Positions 36,880-46,813 of a stretch of DNA of 64,000 nucleotides are shown here, one piece after another; positions within the stretch are counted from its first letter, which is position 1; each line of letters begins with the position of its first letter. The DNA is taken from positions 248,001 to 312,000 of the forward strand of contig OY759598.1 of the NCBI GenBank assembly GCA_963662435.1, written 5' to 3'. The position numbers and the translations under genes are program-made. The notes beneath the pieces are model-generated. The model worked only from the letters and a program-made list of their open reading frames with translations. It made no database searches and had not been told where the DNA came from. This stretch comes from Dehalococcoidia bacterium (GTDB lineage Bacteria > Chloroflexota > Dehalococcoidia > Lucifugimonadales > VXLM01).

Positions 36880-39800
36880 TCATTCTCCGAAGCGGGATAT
36901 GGCCCGAAGGTCCAGCTGGCCTACGCCCCTATTGAGGAGGGCCAGAGCGCCGATGAACAAGAGTCCCAGTGCGACGTAGGTCGCGCCCATGATCGGCCAG
37001 TCAGTCGTGAGGATGAATGGTGGAGTGACGGGAAGCCCGGTCTCCGTGATGGCAAGCGGCGCCACGGTGAGACGGCTCATCTGGAATCCAGCCCATGTAC
37101 CGAGCCCGATGCCGATGGCGGCGATTGCCAGATGCTCGAAGACGAGGAGTCTCAGCAACTGCCCTCTCGTGAATCCAAGAGTCCGCAGGGAGCCGATCTC
37201 GCTCGCGCTCAACTTGGCGAAGAGCAGGAGATACGTGATGTATCCGACGGCGGCGGCGAATACCGCGATGGTGGGCGAGAGGATCGTCATTGGCCTCCAA
37301 CCTGCCGCCACGAACGGATTCAATTGAAGGCTTTCGAGCCTTCCCTGTCCGTCGCGGACGGAGCCGCCCTGAGGACCGAGTATCTCGACCATGGCCTCAC
37401 TGACTCGTTCGTGCGAGCCCGGCTTGAGATCGTAGTAGAGGTCCAGGGCTCTTATCCGGTGATGATTGAGGAGGACGTTGGAGCGCTCAACCAGACTGTT
37501 CAGGTCGGCGAGGATCAGCCCTCCCTGTCTTGGATCGTGCGTCGGGAAGAAGTCAACGACCTCCAGAACTCGCATACGCAGCCAACGGATGCCCACCTGG
37601 GAGATAAATGTGCTGCCGACCTGTCTGTCGGCGCGAACGAGAGATGAATCTATGACGACGGGGAGAGGTCCCGGCGATTCCGTCGGATAGAAGCCCCGAA
37701 GGCCCTCGGTGGTCTGGCCGCTGAAGGTGTAGGCGATGGCCTTTGTCCCGTTCCGCACCTCAGTCGTCGTGGATTCAACGATCTCGGTCGACGCCGCGGA
37801 TGTGAGGATCGCCTCCCACTTGAGGTCGTCGCTCTCGAAGTCGTCGAGGACCACCTCCCGGTTCTCGAAACCGACCGTGGCGATGATGTCGTCGATGTAG
37901 AGAGTGCCCGGGGTTACCGGAGCGCTAGTCAGCCCCGCTTCCGGTGCGCCTCCCGGCTCGAACATGTGGACCGAAACGAGCGAAAAGGGAGGTTTGATGT
38001 GGTCTGGGATGTTTCCGATCAAGAACTGCCAGCTGTCCGAACGCAGTGTATTCAGGATAATCGTCTGCAGTTCCCCCCTTTCGTTTTCGACCTGGACATA
38101 CAGGTCGAGGCCGGGAATGAAGGGGTCGGGCTTCACCCACATGCCGATGCCGTTCGTTTCGGCAGGAAGCGGTATTCTGGCAGTCGGCTCATTTGGATTC
38201 AGGCGGTCCATTAGCTCAGGCAGTGTGCTATCGGAGAAGTCGTCGCGGAACCAGGCGACGTTGGCGAACCCCGATGTGTCCACTGCAAGGACTTCGGAGG
38301 CTGAGCCGGCCGCCTGACCGCCTGATCTGAGACCGAGCACCACGTGTTCGACGTCTTCGAGTTCCCGAGACTTGCTCAACACCTCGTTTATTCCTCCTTG
38401 TGCTAGGAGGGACGCGGAAACTCGCAGGTCGGCTCCCTCTTCGAAGAGGACACGCTCAATTTGGCTGCGCTCAAGGGTCCCGCCGACGGTGGTCGCAAGG
38501 ACGCCGAGGCCCGTTGCCAATACGAGCAGAAGGATAAGCCACGTGTACTGGAGTGGGTTGCGCGACATGTGCAGCAGTCCAATCTCCAACCAGACGGGTG
38601 TGACACGGCTGAGACCGATGAATACCATGAACACAAGCTGAGCGGGCACGACGGCCAAGAGTCCCCAAGTCGGGATCGTCAGGATGTCGCCGGGGACGGG
38701 AGGGCGCAATGCCAGGAACCCGGCGACGAGCACGGCCTGAATGACGAGGCCGATGTAGCGATGTCTCCGGTCGTGCCAGCGGCGTTTCGTGAGCAAATAC
38801 GCGAGCAGTACGGCGACGGCTGTGATGCAGGGCAGGAGCCAGACGGTTGTCTCGCTTTCGCGTTCCCGCCAGTACACCCCTACGACCGTCGCGATCACTG
38901 ACGCCCACACCAGCAGATCGACGATGCGGTTGGACTCGCCGCTGATGTAGCGAACGATCATGGGGAAGAACCGCATGAACACAAGCGTCACGACGATCAG
39001 GAAGAGAACGGGGGCGACGAGGAGCACCTCGTTTACCTCCGTTTCCTCGAAGAAGCCGCTGTACACGAACTGTCCGCGCTTCTGGAGTTCCCAATAGATG
39101 AGACCGCCGAATATAAGCAGCCCAATGTCGAGGTTGTATCGCTGGAGGAAGGGGAGTCCGAGTGGACGAGAAGTCTGAAGTCGGCGAAGGAGCACACCGC
39201 CCTGGGCGCTGAGCACGTTTGGCACGACGAATATCACAAGGCAGAGCAGGCCAACGCCAAGTGAGATAATGAAGGGCGTCGCAGCGAGCCTTATCGGCAT
39301 GAAGTTGCCGCTGTTCATCTCCTCGAAGAACGGGAGCACACCGGAGACGGCGACCATGCCGTAGGCGAGAAACGGGGTGACTACGACAGCGATGGCCACC
39401 ATCACCAGCCCCTCGGTCGTGTAGATGCGGGTGAGCTGCGGCAGGGTAGCGCCCAGGGTCTTCAGGAGTGACGAGTCGTTCTGCCGGCTCTGCGTAAGAT
39501 AGGAAACGAGGATGCCGAGGAAGAACAGCACGGTGAGCAGGATCACCGTCAGCAGGAGCAGCATCGGTATCTTGGCGTAGAAGTTCCGCAGTTGGCCTGC
39601 CTCGGTGAGGTTCTCGACGAAATCGGTAGTTGCCTGAGTATCGGGAAGCTCGGCTGCAACGGCGTCCGAGAATGCCCTGAACCGTTCACGCGCCTCGGCC
39701 GCCGACCAGTCCTTCAACTTCTCAGGGTCGATTTTGATCGCCCACTGCGGGTTGACTACAGCGCCGGGGTAGGTCTCCGAAAGGACCTGAGTAAGGACTT

Positions 39801-41136
39801 CAGGCGGCACGATCATGGGGATCGAGGAGAGCGAGTTGTCAGCTACAAGGAGAAACGGGGTGTCCCGACGCTGAGGGTCGAGACTCAACAGAGCGCCCGT
39901 GGAACGCCAATACGGGGAGTCCTTGTCATCCTCTTCGTAGAAGCCGACGAATCGAGCCGTGATGATCTCACGCTGGCCCAATTCCGGTGTGAAATGGAAC
40001 TCATCCCCAATCTGTGCCTGCGTGCGGGACGAAATGCCTTTGTGAGTTATCACGTCTACTATTGGCCCTCGAGGGCCTTGGGAGATCGTGGTCCCGGCTA
40101 TTCCCCCTTGATCGAAGATAATGTTGTCCTCGACGTCCGAAAGCGAGACGAAAAAGCCCAGCCTGGAGACGATGCCCTGTCCTGTGCTGAGGGGGAGCGG
40201 ATCATTGGGAGTATCTACCAGCATCGGCGCGCCCTTAACGTAGGTCTCCTGTCCAACGAATGTGGTCTCCTCGATCAGGTTCTGGAGTGCGAAGCGCATA
40301 GCGGTCTCTTCCGCGAACAGGACCAAGGGAGCCTCTCCCGGCTCCTGAATCGTGAGGAAAGGCGCGGGGGACTCGATTACACCAGGGCTGAGTGCATGGC
40401 CATCGGCACCCCAAACCCGGTCTTCAGGATTCAGGGGGTCGAAGACACCCACAATCTGTGCAGTGATGCCTGGAAGCCCCGTGGGCAGTGGGGCGGGAGT
40501 CGAGTCGAGCAACTCGGTGAGCTCGTCTTCAAGCGCCTCCTCGGCGGCGGTCGACGTTGCCCTCTGGCTGATGAGTTCGGACGAGAGAATGACGCCGTGG
40601 TCAATCTCGAGCTTGAAGCGTTCAGCTGTCTCCGCCGATACGACGGCTTCGATGAGCGGTCCGAACTGGGTGCTGTCGATGGTCGAGGACGGAATCCGAC
40701 CCTGGGTGAAATTGACGTACTCGGATAAATTCGAAATGTGCTGCAGGTATCCTCTGGACACGTAGATACCCTCACCGCTGCCCTCGGCCAGGGGATGGTC
40801 GGGAGTGCCGACAATGCCGATCCTGCTCTTTATAAACCGCTGATGGCCGTCATACACCTCCGCGATGTGTTCTTGCACGGCGTCGGTGATGACCCGTTCG
40901 GCGGCATTGATCGATCTCTCGGTAGCCACGATCTCGGTGCCAAAGATGTCGATCTTCGGCTCGTCGATGCGGTCGAGAGCGGCGTTAAACGAAAGCTGGT
41001 CGAGTGACTCGAGATAGATGGGCGTGCCCGCGCCAATAGTAGTGGCAATGACGATGCCGATGAACACCGTCAGCAGGAGCTTCCAGTCGTCGGCGATGCG
41101 CCGGACGATAACCCTTGTTAGCGAGAGTCTATTCAT
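36880..41136 (-). CDS. Giant FtsX/MacB-like ABC permease with a duplicated extracytoplasmic domain
   Basis: Paralogue of 32371-35787 (shared VAWFR.DFSD, RYYLD/RYNLD, PPF...DW motifs). Confidence 0.88.
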   Translation of the reverse strand: MNRLSLTRVIVRRIADDWKLLLTVFIGIVIATTIGAGTPIYLESLDQLSFNAALDRIDEPKIDIFGTEIVATERSINAAERVITDAVQEHIAEVYDGHQRFIKSRIGIVGTPDHPLAEGSGEGIYVSRGYLQHISNLSEYVNFTQGRIPSSTIDSTQFGPLIEAVVSAETAERFKLEIDHGVILSSELISQRATSTAAEEALEDELTELLDSTPAPLPTGLPGITAQIVGVFDPLNPEDRVWGADGHALSPGVIESPAPFLTIQEPGEAPLVLFAEETAMRFALQNLIEETTFVGQETYVKGAPMLVDTPNDPLPLSTGQGIVSRLGFFVSLSDVEDNIIFDQGGIAGTTISQGPRGPIVDVITHKGISSRTQAQIGDEFHFTPELGQREIITARFVGFYEEDDKDSPYWRSTGALLSLDPQRRDTPFLLVADNSLSSIPMIVPPEVLTQVLSETYPGAVVNPQWAIKIDPEKLKDWSAAEARERFRAFSDAVAAELPDTQATTDFVENLTEAGQLRNFYAKIPMLLLLTVILLTVLFFLGILVSYLTQSRQNDSSLLKTLGATLPQLTRIYTTEGLVMVAIAVVVTPFLAYGMVAVSGVLPFFEEMNSGNFMPIRLAATPFIISLGVGLLCLVIFVVPNVLSAQGGVLLRRLQTSRPLGLPFLQRYNLDIGLLIFGGLIYWELQKRGQFVYSGFFEETEVNEVLLVAPVLFLIVVTLVFMRFFPMIVRYISGESNRIVDLLVWASVIATVVGVYWRERESETTVWLLPCITAVAVLLAYLLTKRRWHDRRHRYIGLVIQAVLVAGFLALRPPVPGDILTIPTWGLLAVVPAQLVFMVFIGLSRVTPVWLEIGLLHMSRNPLQYTWLILLLVLATGLGVLATTVGGTLERSQIERVLFEEGADLRVSASLLAQGGINEVLSKSRELEDVEHVVLGLRSGGQAAGSASEVLAVDTSGFANVAWFRDDFSDSTLPELMDRLNPNEPTARIPLPAETNGIGMWVKPDPFIPGLDLYVQVENERGELQTIILNTLRSDSWQFLIGNIPDHIKPPFSLVSVHMFEPGGAPEAGLTSAPVTPGTLYIDDIIATVGFENREVVLDDFESDDLKWEAILTSAASTEIVESTTTEVRNGTKAIAYTFSGQTTEGLRGFYPTESPGPLPVVIDSSLVRADRQVGSTFISQVGIRWLRMRVLEVVDFFPTHDPRQGGLILADLNSLVERSNVLLNHHRIRALDLYYDLKPGSHERVSEAMVEILGPQGGSVRDGQGRLESLQLNPFVAAGWRPMTILSPTIAVFAAAVGYITYLLLFAKLSASEIGSLRTLGFTRGQLLRLLVFEHLAIAAIGIGLGTWAGFQMSRLTVAPLAITETGLPVTPPFILTTDWPIMGATYVALGLLFIGALALLNRGVGQLDLRAISRFGE

Positions 41137-41397
41137 GTTGCGAGAACATGGAGGAGATCGTCGGGTGCTTGGCGAGACCCTTTTTCGATTGCATTGGACC
41201 GTAATGCTGGAACGAGTCCCCAGTTGTTCTAACGTCTTTCGCGCCGAGGTGTTAGCGGCCTCAAGCGAAGACTTAGAATCAAACCATGTGGGGAGTCTAA
41301 TGATAGTACCGTCAGGTTAGTCTATCAACCTATGCGGCGCGAGGTATGATGCCTCGCTTCTGTTGACGCGTTGTCCGGTTCGGACTATGCTCGGTAT

Positions 41398-42405
41398 ATG
41401 GGACCTGTCGCACGTATCAATACCGACCTTGTCGAGAGTGCCTCTCCTACACCCGTTGAGGAGTACCGAGCCCTGAATTACGGTGCGGGGTTTATTGACC
41501 GTTCCGACGTTGGCCGGTTGATATGCAGGGGCGAAGACGCGCTCGACCTGTTGAACCGGCTCTCTACGAACGAGCTTGCAACGCTCGAGATCGGATCGGG
41601 CGCGGCCACCGTCTTGACGACGAATAAAGGGCGCATCGTCGATCTGCTGCACGTGTACCAAGGGGAAGACCGCCTTACCGTGTTCACCTCGCCGGGGAAT
41701 CAGGCTCGGGTAGCTGAGTGGATCGATTTCTACACGTTCGTAGAGGATGTTCTATTGGAGGACAGATCGATTGAGACGGCAATGTTGTCACTCAGCGGAC
41801 CGGGTTCAACGTCGCTCCTGGATGAATTGACGGCCGGCCAAACCTCGTTGTTGGGGGTCTTGAAGCGGCTGAGCGTGGATATTGCCGGAGTGCAGTCTGA
41901 AGTGTACAGGAGCGACTATCTCGGATCGATTTCTTATGACATCGTCGTCAAGGCTGGAGACAAGGATAGGCTGTCCGCCATTTTCTTAGATAAGGGAGCG
42001 GTGGCTGTGGGAGCGGACACGGTAGAGGCCGTTCGAGTGGAACGTGGGATCCCGGCGTTCGGGAACGAGCTGACGGAGGACTACAATCCGCATGAGGCCA
42101 ATCTCGTTCACCACGTGAGCTTCTCCAAGGGGTGCTACATCGGACAGGAAGTCGTCGCTCGCCTCCAGACCTATAAGAAGGTGAGCAAGTTCCTTGTGGG
42201 CCTACGATGGGACGGGGAAGATACCGCAACCGGCTCGTTCCTTACGCACGATGGCAAGCGGATGGGCGTCGTAACGTCAACGGCGCGTTTGCCGCTGACC
42301 GGAGAGATCGTCGGCCTCGGCTATGTGCGGAAAGAGTTCGTCGCCGAAGGAAAGACAGTCGCCGACGAGTCCGGCAACGATGTGCGCGTCAAGGTCCTCG
42401 TCTAG
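41398..42405 (+). CDS. ygfZ: YgfZ/GcvT-like folate-binding protein
   Basis: SFSKGCYIGQEVVAR signature. Confidence 0.85.
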   Translation: MGPVARINTDLVESASPTPVEEYRALNYGAGFIDRSDVGRLICRGEDALDLLNRLSTNELATLEIGSGAATVLTTNKGRIVDLLHVYQGEDRLTVFTSPGNQARVAEWIDFYTFVEDVLLEDRSIETAMLSLSGPGSTSLLDELTAGQTSLLGVLKRLSVDIAGVQSEVYRSDYLGSISYDIVVKAGDKDRLSAIFLDKGAVAVGADTVEAVRVERGIPAFGNELTEDYNPHEANLVHHVSFSKGCYIGQEVVARLQTYKKVSKFLVGLRWDGEDTATGSFLTHDGKRMGVVTSTARLPLTGEIVGLGYVRKEFVAEGKTVADESGNDVRVKVLV

Positions 42406-43271
42406 ACCTGCATCTCGTCGTAGATGAGGCGAGATATCCTGGCGAGCTTCGGATCGAGATCCGTTCCGTCGGTGATCCGCTTGGCCATAATCGCGACGGC
42501 GTACGGCCCGCTCTTGCCCCAGACGATTCCCACGTCGCATCGGACGCTGTACACGCCTCCGGTCTTGTGGGCCGAGATGACGTCAGGCGGTAGGTAGTAG
42601 GGGATGATGCTCCTGAGTTTCTGTCGCTTGAGGATGTGGAGCATCCCGTCGCGGGACTCGCCGGACAGGAGTTCTCCGTTGTGGACGAATTCGAGCAGCC
42701 TCACCATGTCGGCGGGTGAGGAGACGTCGGACTTTTCCTCGTTCAGCGCGTCGCAATCGGGTGGCAGTCCACGATAGCCCTGCTCGACTCGACCGGAGAC
42801 CTCCCAGAAGTCGTCGAGCGATTCGCTGACGGCGAGGCCGGCGAGGCTGAAGAGGAGATCACGACAGGACATCGGGAGCTTCGTCCGTGTGAGGCCGAGG
42901 TCGGCCATCGTGCGGTTGATATTGTCCCTGCCAGCGGTGTGGTACAGGATGTCGGTGGCCAGGTTGTCGCTGACGATGATCATCAGCATGGCGAGATCGT
43001 GGAGCGTCGGAGCAACACCGTTGTCGAGTTCCCTGAGGACCCCGGAGCCGGGAACGCGGAGGGCGTCAGTGAGCTCTACGCGTTGGGAGAGGTCGAGTGT
43101 TCCCGTGTCGACCTGGCGGTAGACCTCCGCGAGAATGGGCACCTTGAAGGTGCTGGCGGTGAAGAACGTCTCGTCAGCGTTGCACTCGACGCTGCGCCCG
43201 GTTTCCAGGTGACGTGCGGCGACGCCGACCACTCCCGGGACTTGTGACACGGCCTCTTGCAATGTTGTCAT
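42402..43271 (-). CDS. Class A beta-lactamase-like serine hydrolase (no signal peptide seen)
   Basis: ASTFK (SxxK), SDN, HKTG. Confidence 0.88.
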   Translation of the reverse strand: MTTLQEAVSQVPGVVGVAARHLETGRSVECNADETFFTASTFKVPILAEVYRQVDTGTLDLSQRVELTDALRVPGSGVLRELDNGVAPTLHDLAMLMIIVSDNLATDILYHTAGRDNINRTMADLGLTRTKLPMSCRDLLFSLAGLAVSESLDDFWEVSGRVEQGYRGLPPDCDALNEEKSDVSSPADMVRLLEFVHNGELLSGESRDGMLHILKRQKLRSIIPYYLPPDVISAHKTGGVYSVRCDVGIVWGKSGPYAVAIMAKRITDGTDLDPKLARISRLIYDEMQV

Positions 43272-43413
43272 GATGGTTACCTTGTCTTTTGGGTGCGCCC
43301 GATTATACGGGTGTCCGTCGGAGCAAACCAGTGCGGCGGATGGCGGCCGAATTGCGCGGGAGGCTGTTGGCAATCTATAATCTTCCGACTTGCATTTGCC
43401 AGGTGGGTTAACT

Positions 43414-43818
43414 TTGCCTCGTGATTACGCGGACCTTTCCGCGGGCGACACCATATCCGACCGGACCTTCCCGGTGGGAATTGGCGGCGTGGAGAAGTAC
43501 GTCGCAGCGGTCCGGGACGAGTCGGACATTTTCGATCCTTCGGATGCTCCGCCAACCGTTCCTCCGATGGCCGTGGCCACCTTCGCGCTGCGCGGCGTCC
43601 TGGACGATCTCGGCATACCCGAGGGTACGCTGCACGTGGGACAGGAGATGTCTTTTCTCGGGGCGGTGGCGGTGGGCGATGAGCTGCATTGCAAGGCGGT
43701 GATATCTCAGAACGCAGTGAAGACGGGCTTTCGGCTGTTGGCGGTCGGCATGGATGTTCGTGACGGCGATGACAGGCAGGTGATGGCCGCGAAGAGCACG
43801 ATACTGGTGCCGGCATGA
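43414..43818 (+). CDS. MaoC-like hot-dog fold protein (HadA-like, probably non-catalytic); start 43390 or 43414
   Basis: KYVAAVRD..VPPMA..LHVGQEMSF. Lacks the D-x4-H motif. Confidence 0.75.
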   Translation: MPRDYADLSAGDTISDRTFPVGIGGVEKYVAAVRDESDIFDPSDAPPTVPPMAVATFALRGVLDDLGIPEGTLHVGQEMSFLGAVAVGDELHCKAVISQNAVKTGFRLLAVGMDVRDGDDRQVMAAKSTILVPA

Positions 43819-44231
43819 CGGACGTGGGCACGGAATTACGGTCGATAACCCGCCTCATCGAGCAGGACGACATATCCGCCTATGCAGAGGCGTCGGGGGA
43901 CTTCAACCCGATTCATCTCGATGTGGAGTTCGCGAAAGCGACGCGGTTCGGGGGTACGATAGCTCACGGGATGATGATCGCCGCCATGCTTTCGGAGCTT
44001 ATGGCGACTAACTTCGGTATCGACTGGGCAAGATCGGGCCAGGTGAAGATACGTTTTCGCTCCCCGGTTAGGCCGGGCGAAACGGTGACCGCCCACGGGA
44101 AGGTCTCGCGCGTCCGCGATGAGGCGGAGGGGACCAAGGTAACGTGCTCGATCGGCATAATGACGGACAAGGACGAGGAGGCCATCACAGGAAACGCGAC
44201 GGTGGTCGTCTCGAATTATAGTGAGAAATAG
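43815..44231 (+). CDS. MaoC family (R)-hydroxyacyl dehydratase
   Basis: YAEASGDFNPIH, IAHGM, FRSPVRPG. Confidence 0.92.
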   Translation: MTDVGTELRSITRLIEQDDISAYAEASGDFNPIHLDVEFAKATRFGGTIAHGMMIAAMLSELMATNFGIDWARSGQVKIRFRSPVRPGETVTAHGKVSRVRDEAEGTKVTCSIGIMTDKDEEAITGNATVVVSNYSEK

Positions 44232-44240
44232 AGGCAAGCA

Positions 44241-45266
44241 TTGACACAACCAAAAGACATGGTCCGAATCGCAGTGGACGCCATGGGCGGCGATCATGCG
44301 CCGACTGAGGTGGTGGCCGGGGCGATTGAGGCCGCAAAGCAAGGCGATGTACAGATTGGGCTCGTGGGCGATCCGCAGGTCCTTCAGGCTGAGTTGTCAA
44401 AATATGACGTCAGCAGTCTGCCCATCATGCCGGTGCCGTCCGATGGAGTGATCTCCGAGGGCGACCAGCCCGCCCTGGCGCTCCGCCAGAAGCCGAAGGC
44501 ATCGATCGTGGTAGCCACGGGCCTTGTGAAGAAGGGTATGGCCGATGGCGCGGTGACGATGGGTTCGACCGGAGCGGCGATGGCAACGGCGGCAGTCGTT
44601 CTGGGAATGATGGAGGGGATCCAGCGCCCCGCCCTCGGCGGACCGGTCATTGGGTTTGCTCCGAAGACTTCCATCATAGACGTTGGCACCAATGTCGATT
44701 GTCGCCCGTCGCAGCTGCTGAGTTTTGCGGTCATGGGCGATATGTGGGCGCGCATCTTCTGGAACGTGGAGAATCCGAGTATCGGTCTCCTGAGTGTGGG
44801 AGCGGAGTTCGGCAAGGGAAACCGGCAGGTGCGTGAAACGTCGGAGTTGCTCGCCAAGAGTGGTCTGAACTTCGTCGGCAACGTCGAGCCAAACGAGATG
44901 GTCCAGGGCGAAGTCGACGTGGTAGTCGCGGACGGGTTCGTCGGCAACGTCGTGATGAAGCTGACGGAAGGTGTAGGTCAAGCGGCCACCGACCTCGTTC
45001 GCGAGCGTTTGGCAGGCGCGTTGCCGGATGACGAGATTGAGTCGCTGACTCGTGAACTGTTCGAGAAGACTAACGTCGTCAACACGCACGGAGGCGGGCC
45101 TCTGCTCGGTGTTAAGGGCGTGAGCGTCATCGGACACGGTCGGGGCGAACGCGAGGAAGTCAAGCGCGCGATAGAGCAGGCGAAGATCTGGCACCGGCTT
45201 GGCATTATCGGCAAGCTCAGCGAGGCGCTTACTGCAGTGCGAAACAGGGTCGGTGTGGAAGATTGA
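44241..45266 (+). CDS. plsX: Phosphate acyltransferase
   Basis: IAVDAMGGDHAP, GSTGA, RPAL, DGFVGNVVMK, GHG. Confidence 0.95.
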   Translation: MTQPKDMVRIAVDAMGGDHAPTEVVAGAIEAAKQGDVQIGLVGDPQVLQAELSKYDVSSLPIMPVPSDGVISEGDQPALALRQKPKASIVVATGLVKKGMADGAVTMGSTGAAMATAAVVLGMMEGIQRPALGGPVIGFAPKTSIIDVGTNVDCRPSQLLSFAVMGDMWARIFWNVENPSIGLLSVGAEFGKGNRQVRETSELLAKSGLNFVGNVEPNEMVQGEVDVVVADGFVGNVVMKLTEGVGQAATDLVRERLAGALPDDEIESLTRELFEKTNVVNTHGGGPLLGVKGVSVIGHGRGEREEVKRAIEQAKIWHRLGIIGKLSEALTAVRNRVGVED

Positions 45267-45291
45267 TGGGACGGAACGTAATGGAGGACAA

Positions 45292-46044
45292 GTGAAGACG
45301 AACGAACTGGAAGGGAAGAGCGCTCTTGTGACCGGCGCCTCGAAAGGCATCGGGAGGCAGATCGCAATTCGGCTGGCCGAGAAGGGCGCGAAGGTTGCAA
45401 TCAACTACAACACTTCGCCGGACGCCGCAAGTGAGGTCGTCGAGACGCTCACGGTTGAAGGCGCGGAGGCATTTGCGGTGCAAGCGGACGTTTCCGACGT
45501 CGATCAGGTCAAGGAGATGTTCAAGCAAGTGGAAGGGCAGTGGGGCAGCGTTGAAATCCTGGTGAACAACGCGGGGATCATCGACGACCGGCATCTCATA
45601 CGGATGTCAGACGATTCCTGGCACCGGGTCATCGACGTGAATCTAAACGGCACTTTCTACTGCACGCGCGCGGCCATCAGGAGGATGATGTCCAAGCGTT
45701 GGGGACGGATCATCAACATCGGGTCAATTGTCGGCCTCCGGGGAAACCCGACCCAGACGAACTACACGGCATCGAAGGCAGCGGTGATTGGCTTCACCAA
45801 GGCACTGTCCAAGGAGGTTGCGACGCGCAACGTGACCGCAAACGTGGTCACGCCCGGATATTTCGAAACCGAGACCACTTCCGTCCTTACCGAGGAGATG
45901 AAGGACTATTGGAAGGAGCGCACGCCAATGGGCCGATTCGGAGAACTGGACGACGTGGCGCACGTCGCAGCGTTCCTCGCCCTTCCGAGTTCCAAGTACA
46001 TCACTGGACAGGTAATCTCGGTGGACGGCGGTCTGGCCGTCTAG
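45292..46044 (+). CDS. fabG: 3-oxoacyl-ACP reductase
   Basis: TGASKGIG, NNAG, NYTASK, VDGG. RBS GGAGG precedes GTG 45292. Confidence 0.9.
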   Translation: MKTNELEGKSALVTGASKGIGRQIAIRLAEKGAKVAINYNTSPDAASEVVETLTVEGAEAFAVQADVSDVDQVKEMFKQVEGQWGSVEILVNNAGIIDDRHLIRMSDDSWHRVIDVNLNGTFYCTRAAIRRMMSKRWGRIINIGSIVGLRGNPTQTNYTASKAAVIGFTKALSKEVATRNVTANVVTPGYFETETTSVLTEEMKDYWKERTPMGRFGELDDVAHVAAFLALPSSKYITGQVISVDGGLAV

Positions 46045-46048
46045 GCGC

Positions 46049-46813
46049 GTGATGCATTCCGGCAAGGAGTTTGCGGGCAAGGTCGTGCTCGTTACGGGCG
46101 CGTCTCGTGGGATCGGCAAGGCGATCGCCTTGCACTTCGCCCGGCGGGGGGCGGACATTGCATTCAACTACCTCAGAAGTCACACCTCCGCGAACGCCGC
46201 GCAGCAGGAGATTGAGGCGCTAGGCGTCCGTTGCGTGAAGGCCCGGGCCCACCTGGGAGACGCCGAAAAGCTGCGAGGCCTCTTCGAGACTGTGGAGTCC
46301 GAGTACGGTAGGCTCGACACTTTGGTCAACAATGCCGCATCCGGTGTGAACGTCGCAGCAGACGAGCTTGAGGACAAGCACTGGAACTGGACGATGGACA
46401 TTAATGCCAAGGCGGCTTGGCTCTGCTCCATCGAGGCATCCCGTCTCATGCCGGACGGAGGCCACATCGTGAACATCACGAGTGAGGGTTCACGCAACGT
46501 GCTCCCCAACTACTTCGCGGTCGGCACGTCCAAGGCAGCATTGGAGGCGATAACGCGGTACCTGGCGGTCGAACTCGCGCCCAAGGGTATCTCGGTGAAC
46601 GCCGTGTCAGGCGGCTATGTGGACACGGACGCGCTCAGCGCCTTCAGGGAAAAGGACAGGATGCTCGAGGAGGGCGAGAAGACTCTTACGGGGCGGATGG
46701 TCACCGTAGAAGACATCGCCAATGCCGTGGGATTCCTTTGCACCCCCGATGCGGAGATGATCCGGGGGCAGATACTGCTCGTCGACGGGGGCGCGACGCT
46801 GCGGCCGGGTTAG
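46049..46813 (+). CDS. fabL: Enoyl-ACP reductase, FabL-like SDR
   Basis: NNAASGV, HWNWTMDINA, NYFAVGTSKAALE, EMIRGQ. Confidence 0.85.
   Translation: MMHSGKEFAGKVVLVTGASRGIGKAIALHFARRGADIAFNYLRSHTSANAAQQEIEALGVRCVKARAHLGDAEKLRGLFETVESEYGRLDTLVNNAASGVNVAADELEDKHWNWTMDINAKAAWLCSIEASRLMPDGGHIVNITSEGSRNVLPNYFAVGTSKAALEAITRYLAVELAPKGISVNAVSGGYVDTDALSAFREKDRMLEEGEKTLTGRMVTVEDIANAVGFLCTPDAEMIRGQILLVDGGATLRPG

Noticed and set aside
42402..43271. Antibiotic-resistance beta-lactamase
   Set aside because: No signal peptide and no clear class A omega-loop ExxLN motif in standard form. More likely a cytoplasmic serine hydrolase.
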